DNA of 64,000 nt from Octopus bimaculoides (Eukaryota), in NCBI RefSeq assembly GCF_001194135.2, contig NC_068981.1:178132864-178196863 (forward strand), read 5' to 3'. Numbering within the stretch: the first letter of the stretch is position 1; each line of letters begins with the position of its first letter. A model generated the notes under the pieces. That model did not search any database, was not told the origin of the DNA, and saw only the letters and a list, made by a program, of their open reading frames with translations. Shown piece by piece: positions 1 to 12,159 of the stretch. A program made the translations under genes and the position numbers.

Positions 1-175
1 AAATAACCCTGAAATCCGGATACGTTCGTGCTGCTGGTCGCGGTGAGAGGGATAACTCCCTTGGCAAACAGGACACAGTCGTGTGTCGATAAGCCAGCTG
101 GAGGAGATGTCCTCCTGGGGCTAAAAGCAACAGTAACATCCACCCCTAGGGGTCAGCCACACTTAAGTGGCAATA
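1..175 (-). mobile_element. Probable fragment of an interspersed repeat (possibly a LINE 5' region), cut by the window edge
   Basis: GC- and CpG-rich block sharply different from the AT-rich flank and ending at a (TA)n/(CA)n/(GA)n microsatellite; family not securely identified. Confidence 0.35.
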
Positions 176-226
176 TACTACACTTTATCGTGCAGTTACT
201 GTTAATACTTCATTTAGAGAATTAAC

Positions 227-261
<35 letters not shown>

Positions 262-827
262 TATACATATATAGAGAGAGAAAGAGAGAGAGACCCAAAT
301 CAATGTATGACAATATAATCATTGCAGCTAACAGGCAATTTATGAGACAATGTAAACATCAATAAGCTTTACTGAGAGAGCTTGTTGCTCCAAATTTAAT
401 AACACACTCTGGATCATGCTCAAACTTTGCTGAATGTAAACAATGGTTCTATTACACCATTCTATTAGACGCGGTCCATATTAATAATGGCCATAGTTGT
501 TATTGTAAGTCTAGAAAATTGACAAGGCACCTAAGTTTATGGAGAAACATTGCACATCAGCTGTTTAGTACCTCAGCAACTTCCAGGTTATATATGAGGG
601 TTAGGTGAATAGGGAGTTAATGACAGTAATACTGATTAATTAATAGCTTTATCATTTGTATCGGTTACCAGTTTTGACCATTTAACTTAGTCAGTGTTCT
701 AATGAGATAATCTCAATCAAACAGTTATTGACAGAAGAATCAAAATGAACAAATAGATAAAGTGTCCACTGAAGATTTTAAAGTTTATATCCTAACACTG
801 ACACTGTCTTGAACACCCTCTGTTCTA

Positions 828-1055
828 AGAGAGGGTGCTGAAAATTCCCTGGCTTTAAGGGTATCACAAAAGAGTAGAGTTGTTACCTTTACAGGGGAGG
901 TAGGTAACTATTTATATGTATGTACATACATACATACAAACAAATAAAGAAAGAAACAAACAAGCAAACAAACGGTTGCCCCACACCTCTGTAAAGGTAA
1001 CAACTCCACCCTTTCATAATACCCTTAAGACCAGGAACTTTTCAGCACCGCCTCA
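828..1055. mobile_element. Mariner-type MITE with long terminal inverted arms
   Basis: Left arm agagagggtgctgaaaattccctggctttaagggtat...gagttgttacctttacag matches the reverse complement of the right arm (tgaggcggtgctgaaaagttcctggtcttaagggtat...gagttgttacctttacag). TA lies on both sides (826-827, 1056-1057). Confidence 0.8.
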
Positions 1056-1552
1056 TATTTATTTACAAGTAGAACAGAAAAAACTGGATTCTGATTAATG
1101 GTTTGGAGTTTATAGTAGGTACACTGAACTCTCTCAAACCAGAATTAATAATACTATGTAACAATTTTTTTTTTTTTTTTTTAATTTCCTGTTTGCTTCT
1201 ATCAAAGGAAATGATAACTATTCCTTTCAATCTTTGCTTCTGTGACATGTTATTCAATGTTTTTAAACCGACCTATTTTCCATTACATTTCAGACAGACT
1301 CAGTGCTGAGTTGCTGAAGCAGAACTATCATTTTAGCAAATATTCTGCCCAATACCACAGATTTGCTTGTCAGATGCTTGACCTTAACCGCTTCAGCATG
1401 TCTCTAAGTGGCTGACAATATGTGCACCTCTGATCATGAAGAAGAGTAGTAAAGGAGCATCACAGCTGTGTGTTGAGAGGGATTCTTTGGAGTTTGAAGT
1501 AACAAAAACAAAGTTTGGAGGAAATATTAGCCATTTTTCATACTTCCTAGGA

Positions 1553-1937
1553 ATTGTTGTTGGCACTCCGTCGCTTACGATGTCAAGAGTTCCAGCTGAT
1601 CCGATCAACAGAACAGCCTGCTCATGAAATTAACATGCAAGTGGCTGAGCACTCCACAGACACATGTACCCTTAACATAGTTCTCGGGGAGATTCAGCGT
1701 GACACAGTGTGACAAGGCTGGCCCTTTGAATTACAGGCACAACAGAAACAGGAAGAAAGAGTGAGAGAAAGTTGTAGTGAAAGAGTACAGCAGGGTTCGC
1801 CACCATCCCCTACCGGAGCCTCGTGGAAATTTAGGTGTTTTCGCTCAATAAACACTCACAACGCCCGGTCTGGGAATCGAAACCACGATCTTATGACCAC
1901 GAGTACGCTGCCCTAACCACTGGTCCATTGCACCTCC
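1553..1937 (-). mobile_element. Full-length tRNA-derived SINE with 11-bp target-site duplication
   Basis: Minus-strand head ggaggtgcaatggaccagtggttaggg...gtttcgattccc has A- and B-box-like motifs and a (caa)n tail. Identical acttcctagga at 1542-1552 and 1938-1948. Confidence 0.9.
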
Positions 1938-2048
1938 ACTTCCTAGGAGTAAGCTAATAGGAAATAACAGTTGCTACCCAAGAAAAATCGTGTTACATGG
2001 AGTAATCAACAGTTATTCTTTCCAAATAAATGTTTTATGATATTCATA

Positions 2049-2199
2049 GGCTATGTTGATATATTTATAAATATTTAATTTTTTTCTTTTCTTTTTTATT
2101 TTTGATCATATTTATTTCATAAATATTGTGAAATATATAAAAGACCAAAACTAATAATAAAAATAAACCTGAAATGTTTATAAATATACCAACACAGCC
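2049..2199. repeat. Imperfect inverted-repeat pair (MITE-like remnant)
   Basis: ggctatgttgatatatttataaatattt versus the reverse complement of aaatgtttataaatataccaacacagcc. Confidence 0.5.
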
Positions 2200-2731
2200 A
2201 AATAAAATAGGGCACAGGTAAAAACTTCAAAGGAACTTAGTCCAAACCCAAATTTAGCAGCCCAACAGTTTGATGTAACAAGTTTATGCAGCACCGACTA
2301 GTTAAGTGGAGCTTGTATACTACATATGCTGCAAAGAAACTATCTTGTAAGATAGTGTCTGCTTTCTATTTAATTTAATATAGCATTCTTGGTTGCTGCT
2401 CTTAAATATTATACTTAACTATTTTCAACCCCTTGTTCTTATGCTGAGCAATATCTACTTCTAATGCATTTGCTACACTTCTAAAACAGCTAATACTTAG
2501 TTGCCAAGCTGTCTGAAATGTTACTTCTAAAGCATCATTTTATAATCTATTTCCTGTTTCAGTATTTCTGTTTATCATGCTTTTACTATATAGCCAGTCC
2601 AAGTGAATATGAAGAAACAATAGCAACCATTCTTATCACTTCAGAAGTAGACTTTTAGCACATTCATTCTTTAAAAGAGGATTAACTCAAGAAGAAAAAT
2701 AACTAATAAAAAAAATATAATGAAAACTTAC

Positions 2732-2757
2732 CTAGAACATACTCTTCAGATCAGAGT
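2732..2757 (-). other. Candidate 26-nt exon
   Basis: catttttctttccatag|ACTCTGATCTGAAGAGTATGTTCTAG|gtaagt: strong acceptor and consensus donor; stop codons in all three frames. Confidence 0.4.
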
Positions 2758-4940
2758 CTATGGAAAGAAAAATGAAGATAATCAAATCAGTAAAATATAT
2801 TTAACACTAAAAAGAAATTAGGTCCACACACACATGCATGCACACGCAAATATCAAAAGTAAAAATAAAAAAATTGGAGAATTTAGTAACAAATATTTGG
2901 TATTCAGCAACCTGGTGATTGTTTTGTTTGTTGACATCAGCAAAAGAAATAAATGAAGCATGTGCTAGTAATTATTTTGAAAACTCACAGGACCCGTAAT
3001 AAGTTAAGTATTTATAACTGAAATATCAGGTCTTATACATATTGCAGCAAGTTTTAAATCTGATATTTTCATCAGCCTCAACAAATCATGACCAAATTTT
3101 TGTTGTTTTTATTTTATTTTGGGATTCAGCTACTGAAAGCCTACAGCTTTGTAGAGAATTTGTTAATATTTCAATTCTAGATTAGATGGCTTATATATAA
3201 AACAAAAAACACTTTTATTACTTCATTAGGGAACCAAAAGCAAATTGTTCACATTATAACAATACTTATAATAATAATAATAAAAAAAATTTTTTAATTA
3301 CAACCAACACTTTTTGCAGTATCACTAAATAGTTAAGTTTCAAAAAGTTATGCCTCAGATCAAATCTGTATTGCATTTTTTTTTTTTTTTTTTTCCCCCT
3401 ATATTTGTCCATTTCATGAAAACTAAGAATCTTTGAAACTGTTTCTACTACAGACTTGGATTCAATACAGATCTATTGGACTAAGGCTATTAAACTAGTC
3501 ACATTTGATAGATTTATTGAAATACTTCATCTGCACCTGAGAAGTAAAGACTGTATATGGCTGACAAGTTTCTAATTCAAGCAAAGTAGCTTTTCAATAT
3601 TGTTTCATTGTTATCAATTTAATAGAGAAGTTAGCATAATTTAATTGGCAAGTTATCAGAATCCAAAAGAAAAGGGATAGATTAAATTATGGTTTGCAGG
3701 ACTGATTTAATTTTCATGTCTGATGTCAAAATCTTAAGAAGAGATGATGTACTGTAAAACTATTCAAAGTCAATGACTTGCCTCTGAGGTGCAGAGAATA
3801 ACTAATGTTGGCATATAATGTCAGTAACAATTGAGAGATAAAATGCTTATTATAGGTTAGAATAAGCCAGTTCAAGTAGACATGCAACTGAATAGTTCAG
3901 GTCCTTTACTCCTGACTTATAGGTTCAAACCTGCCACAGATGCAGCTTTGTGTTCTTCAGTGAAACGCATTACTTTGCAAAACTATTATGCTGGCATCCC
4001 TTTATGATGGAGTACCTTTATGTCGGATTCTACAGGTTTGTCTCACATACAACCATTGACAAACACATGAAACGAAACCAAGATTACTGAACAATAAATA
4101 TGGCTTAAGCTTATCAACTTATTAGTAAAAACAAAATCAGAATTAATATTTTATCAATAGAAGTATTTTTAAAAAAATAAAACAATATTTAACTGAATTG
4201 ATTAAAAAGTCTGAATAAATTACGTAATGATAAATAGTTTGTTTGTTTTTTGAAAGCTTTATAAGTTTTCATTAACAACATCATCATCATCATTTGATGT
4301 GTTTTCCATGCTGGTCTGCACTGGATGGTTTGACAAGAGTTGGCAAGCCAGAGGACTGTTTATAAAGTTTTATAACTTCAAATTTATTTTGCACTAAAAG
4401 TCTTCTTTGTCTACAATTTCAGTAATTAATAATAATATAATCAAAAATGTTCCAATTCACAATGCAACTTTGAAAACTTATGCCAGAACTATAAGTTGAA
4501 CTTACAACATAATTTTCATTAGTTTTCTAACATTCTATCAAATGGGTAAGTAAACATGCATCTAAGGGCAGTCATACCACAAAAGTCTTTCCAAGAAGTT
4601 TATAGACATTTGAAATGTTCATTTTTATGCATACCATATTCTAACCATTAAGATGAAATTATAAGCACCTATGAATGTTATCGTACACAATAATTAACAT
4701 TAATCAGAAAGCAATAAATAAGTACAATACAGCAAAGATAAAGTCTACCAATATGGGTAGCAGACTGAATTCATTGCACAGTTTAACATTCCCCACAAAA
4801 CCCTTGGGTGCCATTAGCAAAGTTTATTCTGCTGCATGTATTCCAACCAAGCCTCTGAGCTGAGGATAACTTGATATCTTTATATTGCTGATTCCTACTG
4901 TATCAGTATATATGGGTTGTGGTTTCTTCTTCCTATTCAC

Positions 4941-4996
4941 CTGGTAGTCTCAGAAGTTCTGCCAAAAGTAAATAGGTGCTGTCCTGCTTCCTCTGG
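4941..4996 (-). other. Candidate 56-nt exon
   Basis: cttatgttttag|CCAGAGG...ACTACCAG|gtgaat; two frames open (QRKQDSTYLLLAELLRLP or PEEAGQHLFTFGRTSETT); not recognised. Confidence 0.35.
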
Positions 4997-6664
4997 CTAA
5001 AACATAAGCATATATAAAAAGAACAGGACCTCTGATGAGATTTGAACTTATTGTTTACTTGATAACCACATTATCTATAACAATTGTTTGAGGAAAGGAA
5101 ATGGCAGAGGCTACTGTAGTAGTTCCTGTCATTTTCTTTCCTCAAACAAAGTACTATAAACTGTTGCTCCTGCCACTTTAACTGATGTTGACTGACAACT
5201 TAAGATTTAAAATAGTACACTTAATACAGTAGAAACAATTTATGTTACTTTATTTGAGAAGAAGAAATAAGCCTACATAATAGTGCAATTGGTAATGTGA
5301 TCGCAATAGATATCTATGGTTCCGATATTGTCGATAGGACTGCTGCTCTTTTCTGTTCTCAAAGCAAGCAATATCATTAATATTCTAGTTTGTTAAGTAA
5401 TTAGGAAGTAACATTGAGGAGGGAGACTTTGTAGCAGCATAACTAACTCTGTAATAGACAGCTAGTAAAGTGATGAGTAACGAAGAATTTTTCTCCTGCT
5501 AACAGAAATGATCAGCAAAATATAGCTGAAGTCAGTTCAATTAATTATAAGAACTTCTAACAAAATTGGCTTTCTGCCTAGTCAAATGAAGTCATCACCA
5601 ACATTGTTGTATTTTCTCCTTTCCACTTTTCCATAAATCTCCCATTCCAGACTAATTTAATAAGACTGCACCACCACCACCACCACCACCACCACAACCA
5701 CCATCATCATCATCACCATCACCATCATTATTATTATTATTATTATTATTATTACTAGAGTAGTAGAAACAGTAGAGCGGTACACTAATTGCTTAACAGT
5801 AATTAGTTATGTCCTTCAAAGTTCTGACTTTAAATCTTGATAGAGTTGACTTTGACCTTCGTCTTTCTGTAGTTGATACAATAAATACCAGGTAATGGGT
5901 TCAGAATTGATTTTATTGATGGTCTCCTCCACCTTCCAAATTTTTTACTTTGTACTAATATATGAAATTTTATTATTGCGATTATCTTAGTAAGTTTAGT
6001 CTATTACACTTTACCTAAGATGCTCAAGAAGTTTTAAAAATAAATAAATAAATAAATAAAACAGTGGTGGTATCATCACTGTCACCATCACCACCACCTC
6101 TATTATCATCATTATTATGTGTCCATTTATTTATACTGGTATCAGTTAGATGGATCTCTCCCAGCACAGTGTCTCATCACTTATCACAGTCCTTCATCAT
6201 CTGATATATAAACAACAGATAAAACTGCCAATCTTTGGTGTGTTTGTTGTGTTAAGGTGTGGCTTTTGTGGCTGGATGCTCTTCCTACAAACCTCTTTGC
6301 AATATGAATTAGGGTGCATTTTATCATATCACCAACACTGAGAGATTGTCTAACAAGCCTGAAGTATATCTGCTGTAGTGTATCAGTTTTTATTCAGCTA
6401 TCTGCTAGCAATCATGACTGCCCTCATAATTTATTTAACTGCTATCCTCTACAAATACTTTTGAATGTTTAAGGTATACATACTTATAAAAGCTGCTTCC
6501 AGGGTTTTTTTTTGTTTTTTTTTTGTTTTTTTTCCCCCCTTTATAAAGAGTTGCTAGTTTTTGAAAGTTACCAGAAACTCTTGTTAGCAGTAAATAAGTC
6601 AGGAGTCACAACTATTTCTCAGAGGTAAGAACAGGTCAAGGCAGGTATGAGTCATGGTCCTTAC

Positions 6665-6757
6665 AATGGCTGGCCAAAATGACATCAGAGAGTCTAAGGA
6701 AGCATTCACCCTCAACATTGCGAGATAGAATAATTTCTTTCAGGGTGTTCTTTGGCT
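6665..6757 (-). other. Candidate 93-nt phase 1-1 coding exon (weakly LRR-like)
   Basis: gagttttcaatag|AG CCA AAG...AGC CAT T|gtaagg reads PKNTLKEIILSRNVEGECFLRLSDVILASH, loosely fitting LxxLxLxxN. Confidence 0.25.
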
Positions 6758-6860
6758 CTATTGAAAACTCGTAGCACAGGGCTACCCATAAAAATATATA
6801 TGGATTTCTAAAACATTTTACATATAATGTAGAAAGAAGAGCTATGAATGTGTGTGTGTG

Positions 6861-7181
6861 TTTTTTTTTTTTTTTTTATGCGCCCTTTTAAATCCTAGCC
6901 AGGCACATGGGCCCGGTTTTCCGGTTTCTATGGCGTATGTCCCCCCCCCCCACAGCTGGACGGGATGCCAGTCCATCGCAGCTTTACTCAACAAACAGGA
7001 AGAAAGAGTGAGAGAAAGTTGGGGCGAAAGAGTACAAGGGTCGCCGCCACCTCCTGCCAGAGCCTCGTGGAGCTTTAGGTGTTTCCGCTTAATAAACACA
7101 CACAACACCCAGTCTGGGAATCAAAACCACAATCCACCGACCGCAAGTCCGCTGCCCTAACCACTGGGCCATTGCGCCTTC
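6861..7181 (-). mobile_element. tRNA-derived SINE sharing its head with 1553-1937 but with a different 3' module and poly(A) tail
   Basis: Head gaaggcgcaatggcccagtggttagggcagcgg; body includes ctgcgatggactggcatcccgtccag; A-tail at 6861-6877. Confidence 0.85.
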
Positions 7182-8278
7182 ACACACACACATATATGTG
7201 CATGCATATATGCCTTCCCAACAGAAAGATCTAAATGAAGACTATCAACTCAAACACTGGCAGCAATATTGTAATGTGCAGTTATGTGTGAAATTCTTTT
7301 GGTTTGTGGTAACTACTTTTGTCGTGAAAACAATGGCAGCAAATTGAAAGACAATGCAAAATTAAAACTCTTCAAGATACACATTTCATAATAATTTTAA
7401 TAAATAACAAATATAATAATTTTAGTTTTAAATGATTTTAAGTATGAGATAAAAAAAATAACACTGGTGTTCACATAATACACACAGAAACACACACATA
7501 CAAATATAATTTTTCATTCTCCTATTCCTTCACATATTTTATAAATTGCTTATTCTATCACTCTCTATTCGTCAAACTACTAGCTTATGAGACATAATTG
7601 GTATCAACACATAAGCATTCATAGATATAGGGAAACACACAGAGAACACATTCACAAATATTATGAGAGGCTTCTTCACAGTTTCTAAGTACTGGATTTC
7701 ATCTGTGAATGACTGTGGTTTGAATATTCATCAGCATAGGTTTTTAAAAATCTTTTTAATTATATTTGTTTTAGCATTTTATTTTTAAAATTAGTCTGCC
7801 AGTTTTTATGTTTTGAACATCAGAATCTGGAGCAAAAATTTTCATCTAAGAAAAACATTTTTTTTTTTTTTAAATTTTGGAAATTGATTAGGTTTGAGGG
7901 ATTTACAGCAGCAGTACTCCTTCTTTTTTTCTTTCTTTTTGATGCTATTGTATATAAATATATTTCATTTGCATTTTAAGTGTAAAAATAAATTTTGTTT
8001 ACATTTGAAAGTGTTAGTTATTTCACTTTCTGAGAATTTAAAATGTCGTTTCAGGATGAAAATGAAAACATAAACAGAATGTATTTATATACAGAAGAAG
8101 AAAGAAAAAAAACTAAAAGAAATGCCCGTTTTTTCCTTTTTTAATTTACAGTTTCTGAATTCAAGGCAAAAACCTGAGGACTATTTAAAAAAAAAAGCTT
8201 AATAAAAGTTTGAAGAGGTTTAAAAAATTCCATGGTATGGGTTTTAAAAAATCCATGTGAAAACAAATATATATTCAC

Positions 8279-8337
8279 CATTGACTTCTATGTCTTTGGA
8301 GATGATGGAAAATACACAATCAAACGTCTATATACAC
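8279..8337 (-). other. Candidate 59-nt non-coding exon
   Basis: tatacttttacag|GTGTATATAG...AAGTCAATG|gtgaat; stops in all frames. Confidence 0.25.
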
Positions 8338-8642
8338 CTGTAAAAGTATACACACACATACAGGCACCAACCTCAAATTAGTATTGTTTACAAACATATA
8401 CCTACACACAAAAGCATATGAGTATTCTCTAACTTATCTCAGCCATTAGACTGCAGATATGGTGGGAAATGGACTTCAAGGATTTTAGTTGATCAGTCAA
8501 GATACTTATTTTAATGGCTTCTGTTTATTGAACATCTAATTTACCTTTTGGTATAAAGGTAATCAATTCAATGTACCATTTTATGCCAGCATAACCAAAC
8601 ATGAACATACATGCTTGCATGGAACGCATGTGCACACACTCA

Positions 8643-8700
<58 letters not shown>

Positions 8701-10867
8701 CATATAACAGGCTTACTCACATTTTCCATCTCACAAATTTCATTTCCTAGATATTGATAAACACAAGACTGAAGTAGAAAACATTTGCACAAAAACTCAT
8801 GCAGTAGGATAGGAATCTAACTTGGAATGCTGTAATTACAGCATGAACTTCTTGACCATAAGGCTATATCTGCAATTGTTTATGCACATGTGCGCATACA
8901 TCTGTGTGATTGTGTGCATACAGAGACAGAGAGATAAGAGAAAAGGATTACAAAGAGAGAGATATACCACAGACAGTAACAAAAGTGCAAGACTGTTTAT
9001 AGGAGATTCATTATAACCTTGAGTAATAATATTTTATCTATCTCATTGTTTAGTTTGAAAATACAACAATCCCATTACATAAATAGTTTTCAATTATTGC
9101 TGGTTGAAGATCAAAATAGTAATTTGGTTTTTACAACTGATGTCCAAATATCAAACTGGGGTACAAGGCCACAAATTTGAAAGGAAGGGGGAATGGAATG
9201 TCTTGAGAGAATTGAAGACTTAAAATATTTTGGAATCATTGAGAGATTAAATATTGCTCTACTTCATCCAAACAAAAGTTTTTTTTTTGAGGTTCAAGTT
9301 GTTACCAGGTAGGCATATGTTTTCTATCACAGTAACACTTGAAAGAGAAAAGTAGTATTCACATGAAATGTACTGACTTTGTATTTATTTGTTTGTTCTA
9401 CACAAATGAATTTAGAATCAGAATATAAATAAAGCTAGAATCGGAGAATCAAGTGGTGTTAGGTTGGATGTGGTTAACCAGCATACAGTTTTCTGAGAAA
9501 GAAATCTTTTAAATTAGCATATGTATCCACATATACATATCATATGTATGCACATACTCACTCAGTGTCAAAAACTACATACAATAAAAGCAAGTTCTTA
9601 GTAGTCTGTATCTATAAGTTTTAACATGGAATGAGCTAATTTTCACTTTAAGCATATTTATTGCTAATCGCATTTTTGAAAGGCATGGACATTGCAATAG
9701 TTATCATCTCTATCTGCACTTGTATTGTCTATTTGTGCATAACTACATATAACAAAAAAAAAACAAAAAAAAAAAACACTTGCACAACTATATGAAAAAC
9801 AAAACTATATATGCATGTACATTTATGTATGCATTTGCATATAATAACAAAACAACTAACACAGTGTCGTTATGGATAAATATGTAAACAGAAATCACAA
9901 AAACATATTTGAAACTTGTAGACAAACAGTAGCAGCTTCAGTAACTGAATGTGTGACCAGTTTTGGACTGTGCGACTAGTTTTGCCTTTCTTATGGGTCA
10001 TTATATTATGTGGGTAATTGTTTGATTACATTTTTCTTCAGAAGATATATTCTTTTTAAATAACAATTTGGAAGTAAGGTAAGCAGGCCCTGGTCAACCA
10101 TAGTAAAGACAAGACTAATCGAATGATAGTCACTTTCAACTGCCAACTCTGGTTTTCCATGGGTTATATTTTTGCAGCTTGAATAAATATGTTTATTAAG
10201 CCAATTGTATATGATTTCTGCATATATATATATATATTGCATGCATGAGTGCATGCACACACACAGTGTGTGTGTGTGTGAGAGAGACAGACAGAGCGAT
10301 TAAGCAGACACTTCAAAATTACTGCCAAGTTTTACTTTGTAAAAATTGTGTGTCTGTGTGTGAAGTAGAGAGAGGAAGAAGGAGGAAAAGAGAGAGTCTG
10401 AAGAAGGTGATTAAGTAAAATCTTCAACATCACTGTTAACCTCTTCCTTGTGTGTGTGCATACAAGAGCACGATACTTGCTTTTATGTATCTAACTGTAT
10501 AGAAATGGCTATATTGCTTGCTCAGTGGGATCTTTTCTATTTTATTTAAAACAGTAAGGTGTAATTTGAGGGAATTTTGGCTACTACTTCTAATAGTTTG
10601 AATGGCTGTGAAGTACAGATTTTTTTTATATTCCCTTTTCCTTTCAGTCATTGGACTATGAGAAATCAATCAAACTGACCTGCCCCCCTCACAAACATAC
10701 TTTTCTTTTAAAGTCTAATACTTATTTTGTCAGTCTCTTTTTGTCAAAACACTAAGTCACATGAACATTAACAAGAACATTAACAAATACCAGTTGGCAT
10801 GTAATGAGACTGTCTCTCACTGCATGCCAACTAGTATTTAAAGATGCATGCACATACATACAAATAC

Positions 10868-10906
<39 letters not shown>

Positions 10907-10977
10907 TATAGTGTGTGTGTGTGTGTGTGTGTGTACACGTATGTATGTACTTACATATATATTACAATATATATATA

Positions 10978-11837
10978 CAGGGGTTGGACAAAATAATGGA
11001 AACACCTAGTGTTATAGCATCATAATTTTGAAATATCTATAAAACCGTCAAAAGCTTGTTTATTTTTATGTTTTTCGATTTATTACGAGTGTTGCTTCAT
11101 ATGTTTTGCTAAAATTGCTGTTCCTTTTCAGATATCATCAGAAAAAGGTAATTAAAATTCCTTAAAATGACAGAGCTATTGGACTTTCAAATAGGTCAAA
11201 TTGTTGGTGTTCATATGGCAGGCGCTAGAATAACGAAAACAACCAAAATGTTTGGAGTATCAAGAAATACTGTCTCGAAAGTAATGACAGCCTTTGAAAA
11301 AAAGAGAAAAACCTCCTCATTGAAACAAAACTCCGGAAGAAAGCCAAAATTTTCAGATAGGGACTATTATGCGAATTGTCAGAAAGGATCACAAAAATAC
11401 AGCTCCCAAATTTACTGCAGAGCTTAATGGCCACCTTGAGAACCCAGTTTCCACAAATACCGTTCGCCAGGAGCTGCACAAAGCTGGATTTCACGGGAGG
11501 GATGCAATCAGAAAACCACTACTTTCAAAAACAAATGTTGCAAAGCATTTAGAGTGGAGTAAAAACCTACAGAATTGGTCCCTAGAGCAGTGGAAGAATG
11601 TTATTTTCTTGGACGAGTCACCCTTTGCCTTATTTCCGACCATTAGCCGAGTATACATGTGGAGACAGCCAATGAAGCATTTGACCCAGACTGCCTTCTT
11701 CTGTTAAACATGGAGGAGGATCTGTGATGATCGGGGGGTGGAGGGATGTATCTTGGAAATCCACTGGCCCAATGGGTTCCCTCCATGGCAGAATTAATAG
11801 TCAAGACTATTTAAGCATTTTATCTGATCAAATTCCT
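10978..11837 (+). mobile_element. Tc1-family DNA transposon, frameshifted and 3'-truncated
   Basis: TA followed by TIR caggggttggacaaaataatggaaacacc. Overlapping ORFs 11167-11427, 11369-11707 and 11724-11912 give the paired-like HTH, SGRKPK, RKPLLS, WKNVIFLDES (first catalytic D) and HGGGSVM motifs; no right TIR seen. Confidence 0.92.
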
Positions 11838-12010
11838 GTATATATGCACATGTATATACATGCACAGTTCCCATATATAAATTCAATGGAAAAGCCCACT
11901 GGGATCTTATAATACAACACACTTGCCCAAGATTCCACACAGTGGGACAAAATTCAAAGTTATAAGAGAGAAATGCAAAAAAAAAAATTTACTTCCGTGT
12001 GTTACATAAA

Positions 12011-12013
<3 letters not shown>

Positions 12014-12091
<78 letters not shown>
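12014..12091. repeat. (GA)n microsatellite (example of dozens of dinucleotide tracts in the window)
   Basis: Perfect AG repeat; others include (TG)n ~25494-25572, (CA)n ~21919-21992 and (GA)n ~53141-53229. Confidence 0.95.
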
Positions 12092-12095
<4 letters not shown>

Positions 12096-12159
12096 CTATA
12101 AGGAAATGCCACTAATTTGTAAAAGAAGAATTAATGGAAAAACTTTGAAAAAAATTGAT

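Noticed and set aside
1865-1937. tRNA-like sequences with A/B boxes (also ~7110-7181, 18346-18420, 24930-25005)
   Set aside because: SINE heads without a complete cloverleaf or acceptor stem; not tRNA genes.
4800-4940. 43-nt intron joining the 4941-4996 exon to VGISNIKISSYPQLRGLVGIHAAE*
   Set aside because: The intron is implausibly short and lacks a pyrimidine tract.
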